A stretch of 64,000 nucleotides of DNA from a virus (Duplodnaviria > Heunggongvirae > Uroviricota > Caudoviricetes). Below the pieces are notes generated by a model, which ran no database searches, had not been told where the DNA came from, and saw nothing but the letters and a program-made list of their open reading frames with translations. Of this stretch, positions 20,414 to 29,477 are shown in pieces. The first letter of the stretch is position 1; every line of letters starts with the position of its first letter. The translations under genes and the position numbers were made by a program. The stretch is from IMG/VR virus record IMGVR_UViG_2681813233_000007; one strand, written 5' to 3'.

Positions 20414-20709
20414 GCAAAAAATATCATGTGAGTCTGGCGTTCGCTGACGATGCGGGGAGGACGCGGAGTATCACGTTGAGCACGCCGGTTAAGGCTGTGA
20501 CAGCGCCGTTAATCCGTGAAGCTCTCAGAGAGCTGGAATTGGGGGAAAACTCGGCACTGTTGTCGGTTAGTTGGTTAGGGAAAATGTCAGAGAAACAATA
20601 CGTGGATGGAGTTACCCCAATAACAGTAATGAGGCTACTTTCATTGCTGCAATGGGCCATCGTACCTGTATTTATCGCGTATCTTATTTATCAGGCTGCA
20701 ACACAGTAA
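20395..20709 (+). CDS. Hypothetical protein with C-terminal TM helix
   Basis: 104 aa; hydrophobic C-terminus; followed by a terminator. Confidence 0.3.
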   Translation: MGVCALSKKYHVSLAFADDAGRTRSITLSTPVKAVTAPLIREALRELELGENSALLSVSWLGKMSEKQYVDGVTPITVMRLLSLLQWAIVPVFIAYLIYQAATQ

Positions 20710-20715
20710 TTGCAT

Positions 20716-20745
20716 AAAAACCCGCCAATTAGCGGGTTTTTTGTT
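20716..20745 (+). terminator. Rho-independent terminator
   Basis: CCCGC-caatta-GCGGG hairpin followed by TTTTTT. Confidence 0.7.
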
Positions 20746-20783
20746 TATTGCATCTTCCGATACCGTCATCAAACTAATAAAAT

Positions 20784-20801
20784 ATGTTAGAAAACTAATT
20801 T
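20784..20801 (+). promoter_or_regulatory. Operator-like motif ATGTTAGAAAACTAATTT
   Basis: Identical 18-mer recurs inverted at 48627-48644; immediately upstream of the 20808 gene. Confidence 0.55.
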
Positions 20802-20807
20802 AACAAA

Positions 20808-22031
20808 GTGACGGGAACAGCAATGAGTCAACACACTGATACTTCTAATCTGGAAATTATCTCGACAGCAATTGAAACGCTGCGCACACAAATCGCTCTT
20901 ATACAGAAACGGAATCCGGGTGATGACCTGTCAAAGCGACTGCACGAGAGTGTCATTGCCACTACAGATAACCTGGTGGCGGAAATCAACAAGCTGCTTG
21001 ATGATGGGGCAGTTGATTACAATAAGCTGGTGGATCAGTTTGAGGAATACCAACAAGCCGTTAATGATGGCTTGATCCGTTTTTCACAAGTCACAGGCGT
21101 ATCAGCGACAGTTGAAAGCCTAGGTGATGCAGTTAATCAATTTGCCGCGAATATGCGTAATGAGATCGGCAATCTGGAAGCGCGTCTTGAACAGGCAAAT
21201 ACACTGCGTAAATCTGCCGAAGCCGATTTGAACCGTTACAAAAAAGACTATCCGCCAAGCCTGACAAAGCGGCTGGATGTTGCGGAGAAGGATAACCGCA
21301 CGCTGAAAAGAGAGCGCAGGGAACTAAAAGAGCGTTTAACCAAGCTCAATCAGCAATGCATTGATTATCAAGGCGAAGGCGTCACACTGCGTAAAAAGTT
21401 GGCTACAGCGCAGAGCATTATCGAAACATTAAAGCGAGAGTGCTCACAGCTTGGTCACGATCTGAACCGTGCTTGTGGCATGGGACAAAGACCAGAGACA
21501 TTTCCACTCATGTATGATGGAAGGGATGCCATTGCCTACATCCATGAGTATCCGCACGGCCTGGTTGCGGAAACAGGGCAGCGTGGCGAAGCACTGTTGA
21601 CGGCTAATTACCATCAACAAATCAGAACCAATCGCCTGTTAACGATGGATGTGATCCCATCGGTATGGGGAACGCCGCTTTACTATCGCCTGCCGGGCTT
21701 CGAAAAGGACTGGAATACCGACATAGACGAATGTCTCGCAGATAAAATTATGGCGTACCTGGAGACGGATTTTCCGCGCTTATATCGCCGGATTATGGAC
21801 TCTAAGGATGCGCCAATCGATGAATTAAAAATGCGTCCGGAGACGCTGGAGGCAATCAAGCAGACGGAGTTTGATACTGTATTCAGTGTGGCCTGCATTC
21901 CAAGCTGTTTCCATGAAAGCATCCCGTTCATGCAAGGAGATCGTCGTCAGGAAATCATTGACGCTTGCCGGGTATGGGCGAACGAATGGGATAAGAAGAA
22001 TGGGGGTGTAGAAGATCTTTATGGGAAATAA
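20808..22031 (+). CDS. Hypothetical protein, N-terminal coiled coil
   Basis: 407 aa ORF downstream of an operator-like motif; no recognised domain. Confidence 0.45.
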   Translation: MTGTAMSQHTDTSNLEIISTAIETLRTQIALIQKRNPGDDLSKRLHESVIATTDNLVAEINKLLDDGAVDYNKLVDQFEEYQQAVNDGLIRFSQVTGVSATVESLGDAVNQFAANMRNEIGNLEARLEQANTLRKSAEADLNRYKKDYPPSLTKRLDVAEKDNRTLKRERRELKERLTKLNQQCIDYQGEGVTLRKKLATAQSIIETLKRECSQLGHDLNRACGMGQRPETFPLMYDGRDAIAYIHEYPHGLVAETGQRGEALLTANYHQQIRTNRLLTMDVIPSVWGTPLYYRLPGFEKDWNTDIDECLADKIMAYLETDFPRLYRRIMDSKDAPIDELKMRPETLEAIKQTEFDTVFSVACIPSCFHESIPFMQGDRRQEIIDACRVWANEWDKKNGGVEDLYGK

Positions 22032-22032
22032 T

Positions 22033-22050
22033 GTGTTAGAAATCTAAAAT
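22033..22050 (+). promoter_or_regulatory. Operator-like motif GTGTTAGAAATCTAAAAT
   Basis: Motif family member at the start of the non-coding/tRNA region. Confidence 0.45.
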
Positions 22051-22188
22051 CACAATTCGAATGTATTGATTGTGGAGATAACTTAACATAGAATTTTCCT
22101 TGCTGGTGGGCAGTACCCACGTTTCGCTTGCTGGGCTTGATAGTCACTTATTGGTTATTGTTTGCCCACCAGCATTTAACAAATTAAA

Positions 22189-22206
22189 GTGTTAGAAAAG
22201 TATGGT
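22189..22206 (+). promoter_or_regulatory. Operator-like motif GTGTTAGAAAAGTATGGT
   Basis: Motif family member 155 bp after the previous one. Confidence 0.4.
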
Positions 22207-22685
22207 AATGCAAGAGCACGCTTTGGCACCGTGCAGGCCAAAGTTCAGCAGGTTTAGTGCGGAAAGTGGTTTCAGAGAGAGCACTTTGCGGAGTAAACGA
22301 CAATACATGTTGAGCCACGGAAGGTCTTTTTAAGGTGTTCATTGATGATGGTCCGGCAGAGAGTAACGGTACATGCTGCATCTAATCATCAATGCACATC
22401 TTCAACATTAAGGAGGCATAGGGATTTTTGTGGCGGTTACCTTTTGCCCTGAGTCTCCTTAATGTTGCGGTAATGCACCTATGCGGATGTGGCCTTGCAT
22501 TGTGTCTTGAAAGAATGGGGTAAGGCCGGGGATATCCCCAGGGGGAGGCACCCCCGCTGCAACGAACAGCCACAGACGGCAGTCGAGTGATGGAAACGTG
22601 TAAAGACTTTAAACCTCGTTACGGCTGGCGTGGCAAACGCGACAACCGAGACAGAGCGGTGACGGGCGGAGAGAGTGCCGCATCA

Positions 22686-22805
22686 AGAAAGAAGCCGACT
22701 TGTGATCCCTTTCTGCGGGCATTTGAAAGTGAATCCAGCTCAGGCAGTCGGCTTCTTTCTTGTGTGAGATGTAGCGTATTTGCCCATCTTCGGGTGGGCT
22801 TTTTT
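22686..22805 (+). ncRNA. Candidate structured RNA 3-prime end: 15-bp perfect inverted repeat hairpin plus rho-independent terminator
   Basis: AGAAAGAAGCCGACT (22686-22700) pairs with 22746-22760; then GCCCATC-TTCG-GGTGGGC and T-run at 22782-22805. Confidence 0.4.
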
Positions 22806-23265
22806 AGGGTTTTCGTCATGGTTAGCGACTTTGCGGCGGTTTAGAAACCGACCATTAAAGTAAATGCAAACGATGATCTGATGATGGTAGCGGCCTAAGA
22901 AGCCAGACGCCACGGGGTATGAGTCGTCCCCCGTCAAAAAATCGACCGCAGAGTGTCCCCGTCTGTGTATTAGGGAACGGGGAGGCATAACAGGCAAGGG
23001 CGCTGGTGTGATTAACCAGATGAATGAGAAGGGTCAGGTCTTTCTGGTCAGCGCCCTTACCTGTTACGTCCCTCCCGCGTAACAGCCATTGGTTAATGGC
23101 TTTCTGGGATAATGTCTTGTAACGGGTATATCCCGTCATGCTGAAGGCGCTAATCACGCTGGAAGCCAGGGTTATGCATCCCCTGTTACCGAATTGCAGC
23201 CAGGGCGCGGTGCGCCGAAAAGCATACGGAGGTGGAAGCCCTCGCCGGAGACGTACCCGGCAAGT

Positions 23266-23342
23266 GATGGTGTAGCTCAGTAGGATAGAGCAGCAGCCTT
23301 CTAAGCTGTCGGTCGGTGGTTCGAATCCATCCACCATCGCCA
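23266..23342 (+). tRNA. tRNA-Arg (anticodon UCU)
   Basis: Cloverleaf by hand: acceptor GATGGTG/CACCATC, D-arm GCTC/GAGC, anticodon loop CTTCTAA, T-loop TTCGAAT, encoded CCA. Confidence 0.75.
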
Positions 23343-23344
23343 AT

Positions 23345-23417
23345 GCCGGTTTAGCTCAGTTGGTAGAGCGCCTGCCTTGTAAGCAGGATGTCAGCGGTTC
23401 GAGTCCGTTAACCGGCA
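23345..23417 (+). tRNA. tRNA-Thr (anticodon UGU)
   Basis: Acceptor GCCGGTT/AACCGGC, D-loop AGTTGGTA, anticodon loop CTTGTAA, T-loop TTCGAGT. Confidence 0.8.
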
Positions 23418-23428
23418 CCGACACAACA

Positions 23429-23502
23429 GGTAAGGGTATTTTGCGACGTCGGAGATCGCCGTGCTTGGCAGAGGGTTCGAATCCCTACGAAGTACCCTTA
23501 CC
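23429..23502 (+). ncRNA. Atypical tRNA-like element (possible degenerate tRNA)
   Basis: Has GGTTCGAATCC T-loop and paired termini GGTAAGGG/CCCTTACC, but D and anticodon arms do not fold canonically by hand. Confidence 0.3.
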
Positions 23503-23649
23503 GTTGTGATGAAGTGCAGCTCTTTGAAGCAACCAGAAGATAAGCATCTGGCTTCACAACATAAACCGCATGAACGACCAATAAACGGTAGTCCGTATGG
23601 AGAACACCCCGTTGAGGAAGAGGCCTGGCCGGAACCGTAACCGGCACTA

Positions 23650-23739
23650 CAACGTTGAGAACACTGGCGTAACGGGGTCATATCCCAATCTATGAATAAA
23701 TGTTGCGTTGCAGCGTGACAACCAGTGTTCTCAACATTG
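23650..23739. repeat. 18-bp inverted repeat (one mismatch) with 54-nt loop
   Basis: CAACGTTGAGAACACTGG at 23650-23667 pairs with CCAGTGTTCTCAACATTG at 23722-23739. Confidence 0.7.
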
Positions 23740-23874
23740 TGGTGAATGCGCAGGCTGATGCGCGAAAGACATTGCAGCTATTGCGGAAAAGAGCTGTTCG
23801 GCGGGGCAATTAAACGCCCGTGAGAGTCTGAAATAACCGCAAGCCGGAGATCAGCACCGGTCGCCACAATCAGC

Positions 23875-23961
23875 GGAGAGTAGGGGGCATGGTGCTCAAG
23901 CGGTCTTGAAAACCGTCCCATTGCGCAAGCGATGATGGTTCGATTCCATTACTCTCCGCCA
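23875..23961 (+). tRNA. Long-variable-arm tRNA-like gene, Ser-like (anticodon UGA), atypical D-arm
   Basis: Acceptor GGAGAGT/ACTCTCC, anticodon arm GCGGT-CTTGAAA-ACCGT, T-arm GATGG-TTCGATT-CCATT, encoded CCA; D-stem weak. Confidence 0.45.
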
Positions 23962-24211
23962 TCGCAACGTTAAGAGTATTTGGCTAATTAAGCGAATGCC
24001 GGAAGCAGAACCGGATCATCAAATGCGTACAGGCGTCATCGCCGCCCAGCCAGCCAAGTGCTCTTACCATTGCGGTGAATGCGGCTAAGCGCACGCGGAA
24101 CAGTTAAAACAATCCTCCTTAGTGGTTAAGTCAAACATCCCGGCGTTAATTGTTAACTGGTTAACGTCACCTGGAGGCACCAGGCACCGCAATCTAATAA
24201 AGTTTCAAGCA

Positions 24212-24445
24212 ATGGGGTTTTTGTTGTCAGACTTCAGATATAGATGGTTGTGGAAGGAGAGCCTGTACATAGTGCAGTTATTTCTTCCGCTATTTGTCTG
24301 CTTTGTCATGCTTCCTGAGCTGAAATACGCAATTTCAGACACTTTAAGCACTATCGTTACTTTTGTGTTTTATCTTTACTTTGATTACTTATTGAGCACT
24401 AAAATCAATGAATTATCCGCGGAAATGCAAGGTGGCTGTAAGTGA
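24212..24445 (+). CDS. Small hydrophobic membrane protein (hypothetical)
   Basis: 78 aa from ATG at 24212, in an AT-rich patch; highly hydrophobic. Confidence 0.3.
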   Translation: MGFLLSDFRYRWLWKESLYIVQLFLPLFVCFVMLPELKYAISDTLSTIVTFVFYLYFDYLLSTKINELSAEMQGGCK

Positions 24446-24573
24446 TGGATTTTTGGGCGTTTGCCGATAAGAACCCTGGTTGGACATTTTTATTTTTGCT
24501 GGTGGTTGCATATGGGGTAGAGCAAGCGGCTAAAGCCTTACGCGGTTCTGGCAAAAAGCGTAAGCGGAATTAA
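24445..24573 (+). CDS. 42-aa peptide with a TM segment and basic C-terminus (hypothetical)
   Basis: ATG overlaps the upstream stop (ATGA); MDFWAF...GWTFLFLLVVAYGV...KKRKRN; below the ORF-track size cutoff. Confidence 0.3.
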   Translation: MDFWAFADKNPGWTFLFLLVVAYGVEQAAKALRGSGKKRKRN

Positions 24574-24582
24574 CAGTAATCT

Positions 24583-24658
24583 GGCCCTTTAGCTCAGTGG
24601 TTAGAGCAGGCGACTCATAATCGCACGGTCACCGGTTCAAATCCGGTAGGGGCCACCA
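24583..24658 (+). tRNA. tRNA-Ile2 type (anticodon CAU, lysidine-type AUA reader) or tRNA-Met
   Basis: Near-identical to the E. coli ileX-type sequence as I recall it; anticodon loop CTCATAA, encoded CCA. Confidence 0.8.
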
Positions 24659-25112
24659 TATTTGGTTGTAACACGGCGTATGGCACATGCGTCGTTAGCG
24701 GTCTGGTGTAGCTGTTAGGTACCTTACTAACACTGCATGGGCACATCAGGTAGCCGGAATGTGCAAGTCACCGCTGGAGGGATAGCGGACTCAGGGACTC
24801 ACCATCCTGGCGATTCGGTGTGACAGCCGGAATAGCACGGCGCACAACAGGAAAAGGCGTTTAATTAACGCGAGCGCCGTTTCCGTTGTGGTAATTGCGG
24901 CTATGCGCTCGTGACGAAGCCATTTTCATTCACTACGTTCTGATAAGTGACGTCGCCGGGAGTGGCTAACCTGGCAGGTGGAGGCACCACCGCCACAACT
25001 CCTCTCAATTCATCATATAGCCGCTCAGGCTGTACCTCTTAATTAATACGAAGTTACGACATCACTACCGGTACTTCCGGGGGATAGTCGCGCGTGTAAA
25101 AAAGGAGACGTT

Positions 25113-25688
25113 ATGTTAATGGCGAACGATAACGCATATGCAGAAGAAGATCTCATTTTGAGTGACTTCATAGGGAAGCGGGAACGCTGGACCCAAAAGC
25201 GAGAGGAACTTTACGCCTCATTAGTTCGCAAAGGCGTCAATATCGAAACCGCACAGAGCGGCGATATGACAGTGGTAAGCGTTGGATTGCACGGTGTAAG
25301 CGTGTCAGCAATCAATCATGAGCCATACGTTGCGTTATCCGAGTCAATGGTAAGGTTAGTTAAGTTCCTGAAGTACACAGAAGCGAATAATGTAATCATT
25401 GGCAAAAAGAATATCCCTTTTTCCTCGGCTTTTTACTGGATGATGAAAGGGCTTGATGCCCGGCGGACATCATGGCCTAAAGGGAGCTATATATCGATGT
25501 TCCGTGGCAGCATTGGCAGCAAAGAAAAGCTCTTCGAATTCTTGCCGGAAGAGGCATTCGATATTGTGGAAGGGTGCGATGTGATGGTGATGCCTCGCCT
25601 GGTAATGATGAATGGGGATTTACAGGCGCAGACAGACTGGTTTGCAACTGGTGTGGATATTATCGCGACTGACTGGGAGGCTTTCTGA
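25113..25688 (+). CDS. Hypothetical protein with C-terminal DUF2829-like segment
   Basis: 191 aa; C-terminus ...FYWMMKGLDARRTSWPKG...DWFATGVDIIATDWEAF resembles the DUF2829 pattern seen in the 33335 ORF. Confidence 0.4.
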   Translation: MLMANDNAYAEEDLILSDFIGKRERWTQKREELYASLVRKGVNIETAQSGDMTVVSVGLHGVSVSAINHEPYVALSESMVRLVKFLKYTEANNVIIGKKNIPFSSAFYWMMKGLDARRTSWPKGSYISMFRGSIGSKEKLFEFLPEEAFDIVEGCDVMVMPRLVMMNGDLQAQTDWFATGVDIIATDWEAF

Positions 25689-26080
25689 TGTACGGGACTA
25701 CCAAATTAAGCACTCAACAGGCCACCAATATGGAGTGGTCTATCGCTAACTGTAAGATCGTGTCATGCAATGCCACGCGTACTGATGTGGGCCATAAAAG
25801 CACTATAACAGGCTATCTAGTAATGACCACCAGGGGGATGAGGGTTAGATTTCGCTGGAAAGCAGAGCAAGTAACGCCATTCAGAGAGCCATCAATGCCG
25901 CTGCAGGTTGAGCAGGATTATCTATGTTTACCAGAAATAGATGGAGGAATGCTGGTGGAGTCTGATGGTAGTAAGGCTGATTTTGAAGCCAATTTGAAGC
26001 TGGCACAGGCCGTAATCAATAGTTATCGCGGAAAGTGGATCGCAAAAGTGAAACATGTTGTTCGTTTGTCTCGCTGGTAG
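25688..26080 (+). CDS. Hypothetical protein
   Basis: 130 aa; ATG overlaps the upstream stop. Confidence 0.4.
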   Translation: MYGTTKLSTQQATNMEWSIANCKIVSCNATRTDVGHKSTITGYLVMTTRGMRVRFRWKAEQVTPFREPSMPLQVEQDYLCLPEIDGGMLVESDGSKADFEANLKLAQAVINSYRGKWIAKVKHVVRLSRW

Positions 26081-26094
26081 CGTTAGATATTTAA

Positions 26095-26111
26095 TATTAA
26101 TTTTCTAATAT
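26095..26111 (-). promoter_or_regulatory. Variant operator-like motif ATATTAGAAAATTAATA
   Basis: T instead of G at position 3 of the core; upstream of the Lpa-like gene. Confidence 0.3.
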
Positions 26112-26188
26112 AATCATCTTTTTACCAGTCTATACAGTTTTAACATTCTCATTATCATCCCCTCGGTCATTTCCTGCCCGGGGGATTA

Positions 26189-26581
26189 ATGGAACAAATC
26201 AGCAGCGCAGAAATTGCGGATATCATGATCAGGGCTGACTGCTATCTGACAGTCACTGAAATTACCACTCTCGCCAAAGAAAAATACCCTCATCTCCATG
26301 TTTCACGAGTAAGTGTAACTAACATCATTCGTCATTTTGTTCGTTCAAGCAGGGCAATCTGTGAGCTGGATGATCGTGTGTATCCACGAAAATACTGGCT
26401 ACATGGTCTGAACGGATATCAGTTCAAGGTGCGCGGGCGCACGCCTGAATACGGTAGCTTACTGGTTAAAAACTGTAGCAGGAAATCAGTCGAACAGGCG
26501 CGAAAAGAGCAACGAGAGCTGGTGGACATGGCGAATAAGCTGTGGAATGCCGCCGTTAAAAAGCGTGGTGTTGCTTTATGA
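26189..26581 (+). CDS. Putative late-gene activator (Lpa-like by position)
   Basis: 130 aa, immediately upstream of pacA-like as lpa is in P1; stop overlaps the pacA start. Confidence 0.35.
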   Translation: MEQISSAEIADIMIRADCYLTVTEITTLAKEKYPHLHVSRVSVTNIIRHFVRSSRAICELDDRVYPRKYWLHGLNGYQFKVRGRTPEYGSLLVKNCSRKSVEQARKEQRELVDMANKLWNAAVKKRGVAL

Positions 26582-27942
26582 GTCTGGTTAATTGGGAGGA
26601 GCACCGCGCCCGCTTTATAGCGTTGCGTGAAGAAAAAGGGATCACTGTAAAGGAATACTGTGAGGAGCATGGCCTTAGCTTCAATACAGCCAGAAAGCAT
26701 CTCAATATGAAAAAAAATGAGGTGCGGTCGCAGGTAAAGACAACAAAAAAAAGCACCAAATCACCTGAAAAAAAACGGGCGGGAAGAGCAACAAAAAAGC
26801 TGGAAGAGGGCGCAGAAAAAACAAAATTTACAGAAATTGACAATTCGCAGGGTGCAGGTTCTTTCCGAAGTATGCCAAGAAAGAAAACTCCGGATCATGA
26901 AAGTAATACCAATAATAACAATGAGATAAAAGAATCTGTCAGGAGATCATTGCGCGAAAAAATGGCGAAAATGATCCCCGAAGAAGATAAAAGCGCCCCA
27001 AAAATTGAGGGATCTTCAGCAATGATCCCTGGCGGTGCTGTGCAACGTGCCACATTGCCCACTACGAATGTGGCTCGCGACATGATGAAGAACGGCGCAG
27101 AAGAACACCTGCGGTTAGCAATTCAAATGGCGCAAGAGCGCGCACTTCAGTATCAAAGCATTGTTGATCAGGAGGCCGAACGTCTACAGGCGGAAATAGA
27201 CGCCTTGGGCGATAAAGAGCCAGAAGGAATGCACCCTGGGCAGCGCCTTCTCGGTCTAATCAGTGACGCGGCCTACTACATGAATGATTTTATCAGTAGG
27301 TTGGCAGCTATATATCAGTCCGAACAAAAGCTGCGACAGGGGGATGAAAAGCTTCGTCAGAGCGCTCGCCAGCAAGCATTCAAAGAGGCTGAGGCCAGAG
27401 AAAAACTCGAATTAGCACGCCTACAGGCCGAACAGCGTGGCAAAGAGATTGAATATCGCATTGGCGCTGACGCACGCGCAGCCAGAGTTATCGCCGCCGC
27501 TATACGTATGCGTGAGCGCGAGGAACTGGATGATATCGGTGTTGCTGAATACATCGAGCGCCAGGGGGTCAGCGTCCCGGCTATCCTCGCGGCGCGCGCG
27601 GCGAAAGCTATCACTCTTCTCGAACCACCTGTTTCTGACGTCAATGATGTTGATGATGAACAGCTGGACAAAGAGGCAAGGGAGTTTGCGACGCTTCAGG
27701 CTAACCATCCGCAATGGCTGGCAGAGCGCCGGGCGGATGTGGCAACCATTGTTGAAGAATTGGGGTGCGGAGATTACGACCGCAATGGCGAGCGTAAAGC
27801 TGGAGAATTCGAGGCCAACGACGAAGAGCTGGATATTGACCCTTCGGCAACGGCTGAAATTTACGGTGATTATGATGCATCTGATGCAGGGTATGACGCC
27901 GGAGATGATGATATCGCGATAGAACCGCCGGAGGATGATTAA
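26578..27942 (+). CDS. Terminase small/recognition subunit (PacA-like)
   Basis: 454 aa, translationally coupled to the large subunit; contains a GATC cluster; Lys/Glu-rich. Confidence 0.55.
   Translation: MSLVNWEEHRARFIALREEKGITVKEYCEEHGLSFNTARKHLNMKKNEVRSQVKTTKKSTKSPEKKRAGRATKKLEEGAEKTKFTEIDNSQGAGSFRSMPRKKTPDHESNTNNNNEIKESVRRSLREKMAKMIPEEDKSAPKIEGSSAMIPGGAVQRATLPTTNVARDMMKNGAEEHLRLAIQMAQERALQYQSIVDQEAERLQAEIDALGDKEPEGMHPGQRLLGLISDAAYYMNDFISRLAAIYQSEQKLRQGDEKLRQSARQQAFKEAEAREKLELARLQAEQRGKEIEYRIGADARAARVIAAAIRMREREELDDIGVAEYIERQGVSVPAILAARAAKAITLLEPPVSDVNDVDDEQLDKEAREFATLQANHPQWLAERRADVATIVEELGCGDYDRNGERKAGEFEANDEELDIDPSATAEIYGDYDASDAGYDAGDDDIAIEPPEDD
26893..27027. other. Candidate pac site: cluster of five GATC within 135 bp inside the pacA-like gene
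   Basis: GATC at 26893, 26945, 26973, 27011, 27024; P1 pac is a Dam-regulated cluster of TGATCA/G elements inside pacA. Confidence 0.4.
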
Positions 27943-29450
27943 TGGCTGGAGGGCGCAAGATTAAATGCGTCACCAGCGATCCACGCTGGCGCGATATGGT
28001 AATCAAATACCGCTACAACTTTACCCAGGCTGTTGTCGATATTTTTGGGATGTTCCCCTCCCACCAGCAGCAGCAGATCATTCAGTCCGTGCAGGAAACG
28101 GGGAGTAGGACGACCGTCACGTCCGGACACGGAACGGGGAAGTCGTCCCTTACCGCGATGTTGCTGTTGATTTTCATGATCCTGTTCCCCGATGCCCGTG
28201 TCATCATTGTTGCTAACAAGATAGGCCAGGTAAAAACAGGCGTATTCAAATACGTTAAACAGTATTGGGCGAATGCAGTTAAGCGTCATGGGTGGTTGCA
28301 GACCTATTTTGTCCTCTCTGACACCATGTTTTATGAGCGCTCCCGTAAGGGGATTTGGGAAGTTCTCTGCAAAGGTTATCGACTCGGCAACGAAGAAGCG
28401 CTGGCGGGGGAACACGCGGCACATTTGCTTCTAATTCTGGATGAAGCATCTGGTATATCTGATAAGGCGATCGGCGTAATGACCGGTGCTCTTACTGAAG
28501 AAGATAACCGGATGTTGATGCTATCCCAGCCAACAAGGCCAAGTGGTTATTTTTACGATTCGCACCATTCTCAAGCAAAAACCCCAGACAACCCGAAAGG
28601 GATCTGGACAGCAATTGTTCTTAACTCGGAAGAATCACCGTTCGTCACACCACAATTCATCAAGCAGAAGCTTCTGGAATATGGGGGGCGCGATTCTATT
28701 GAGTACATGGTCAAGGTGCTTGGTCAGTTCCCACGAGAAATTAACGGCTATTTGCTTGGTCGTGATGAATGCGATCGCGCTGCTCGCCGCAAGGTGCTGT
28801 TGGAGAAAAACTGGGGATGGGTGGCAACGGCTGACGTTGGTAATGGGCGAGATAAGTCGGTCCTCAACATCTGCAAGGTATCTGGTCACAGGGATAAGCG
28901 GCGCGTTGTTAACTTTAAGGTAATGGAGATGCCTGGCACTATGGACCCATTGGCCTTTGCTGACTTCATATATAACGAATGTACGCCGGAAAAATACCCG
29001 AATATAACAATCGCGGTTGATGCTGATGGTTTTGGTTCTGATACGTGTGCGCAGTTGGTGCGTCGTGGTGCGAACCCGGTACGTATTCGGTGGGGAAAAC
29101 CCATGTTTGCGAACAAAGACAGGGAGCGATTTGTTAATCAGCGTGCCTACGCAAATATTATGGCGCGAGATGCCATAAAGTCAGGGCGTATGCGGATAGA
29201 CAGTGACCCTAAAACGGCAGAGCAAGCGTCAAAAATCCCCTTTTTACTGAATGAAGAAGGGAAAATGGCGATGATGCGCAAAGAGCACATGCGGCAAAAG
29301 CTAAACATCAAATCGCCTGACCGATGGGATACCTACTGCTTCACTATGCTGGTGGACTATGTGCCTGCTAATGAAGATATTGGTGCCGAAATGGCAACTT
29401 TCCGAGATCAGGTTCTGGCGGATATCGAAATGCCGGATCTGGATATATAA
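27942..29450 (+). CDS. pacB: Terminase large subunit (PacB-like)
   Basis: 502 aa; Walker A SGHGTGKSS, Walker B LLLILDEAS. Confidence 0.8.
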   Translation: MAGGRKIKCVTSDPRWRDMVIKYRYNFTQAVVDIFGMFPSHQQQQIIQSVQETGSRTTVTSGHGTGKSSLTAMLLLIFMILFPDARVIIVANKIGQVKTGVFKYVKQYWANAVKRHGWLQTYFVLSDTMFYERSRKGIWEVLCKGYRLGNEEALAGEHAAHLLLILDEASGISDKAIGVMTGALTEEDNRMLMLSQPTRPSGYFYDSHHSQAKTPDNPKGIWTAIVLNSEESPFVTPQFIKQKLLEYGGRDSIEYMVKVLGQFPREINGYLLGRDECDRAARRKVLLEKNWGWVATADVGNGRDKSVLNICKVSGHRDKRRVVNFKVMEMPGTMDPLAFADFIYNECTPEKYPNITIAVDADGFGSDTCAQLVRRGANPVRIRWGKPMFANKDRERFVNQRAYANIMARDAIKSGRMRIDSDPKTAEQASKIPFLLNEEGKMAMMRKEHMRQKLNIKSPDRWDTYCFTMLVDYVPANEDIGAEMATFRDQVLADIEMPDLDI

Positions 29451-29451
29451 A

Positions 29452-29468
29452 GCCCCGCGATGCGGGGC
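29452..29468. terminator. Bidirectional terminator-like hairpin GCCCCGC-GAT-GCGGGGC
   Basis: Perfect GC stem between convergent pacB and the c1-like gene; weak T-run. Confidence 0.45.
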
Positions 29469-29477
29469 CGGTTGTGA

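Noticed and set aside
22184-23681. ORF-track reading frames on both strands across the GC-rich region and tRNAs (e.g. 22587-22844, 22855-23343, 23391-23681)
   Set aside because: They overlap tRNA genes, long hairpins and a terminator, overlap each other on both strands and have no RBS or start context; treated as non-coding.
23266-24658. tRNA genes as a chromosomal integration site (attB) marking a prophage boundary
   Set aside because: The tRNAs are flanked on both sides by phage-type genes (darB side and lpa-pacAB side) and sit downstream of operator-like motifs; they look like phage-encoded rare-codon tRNAs, not a junction.
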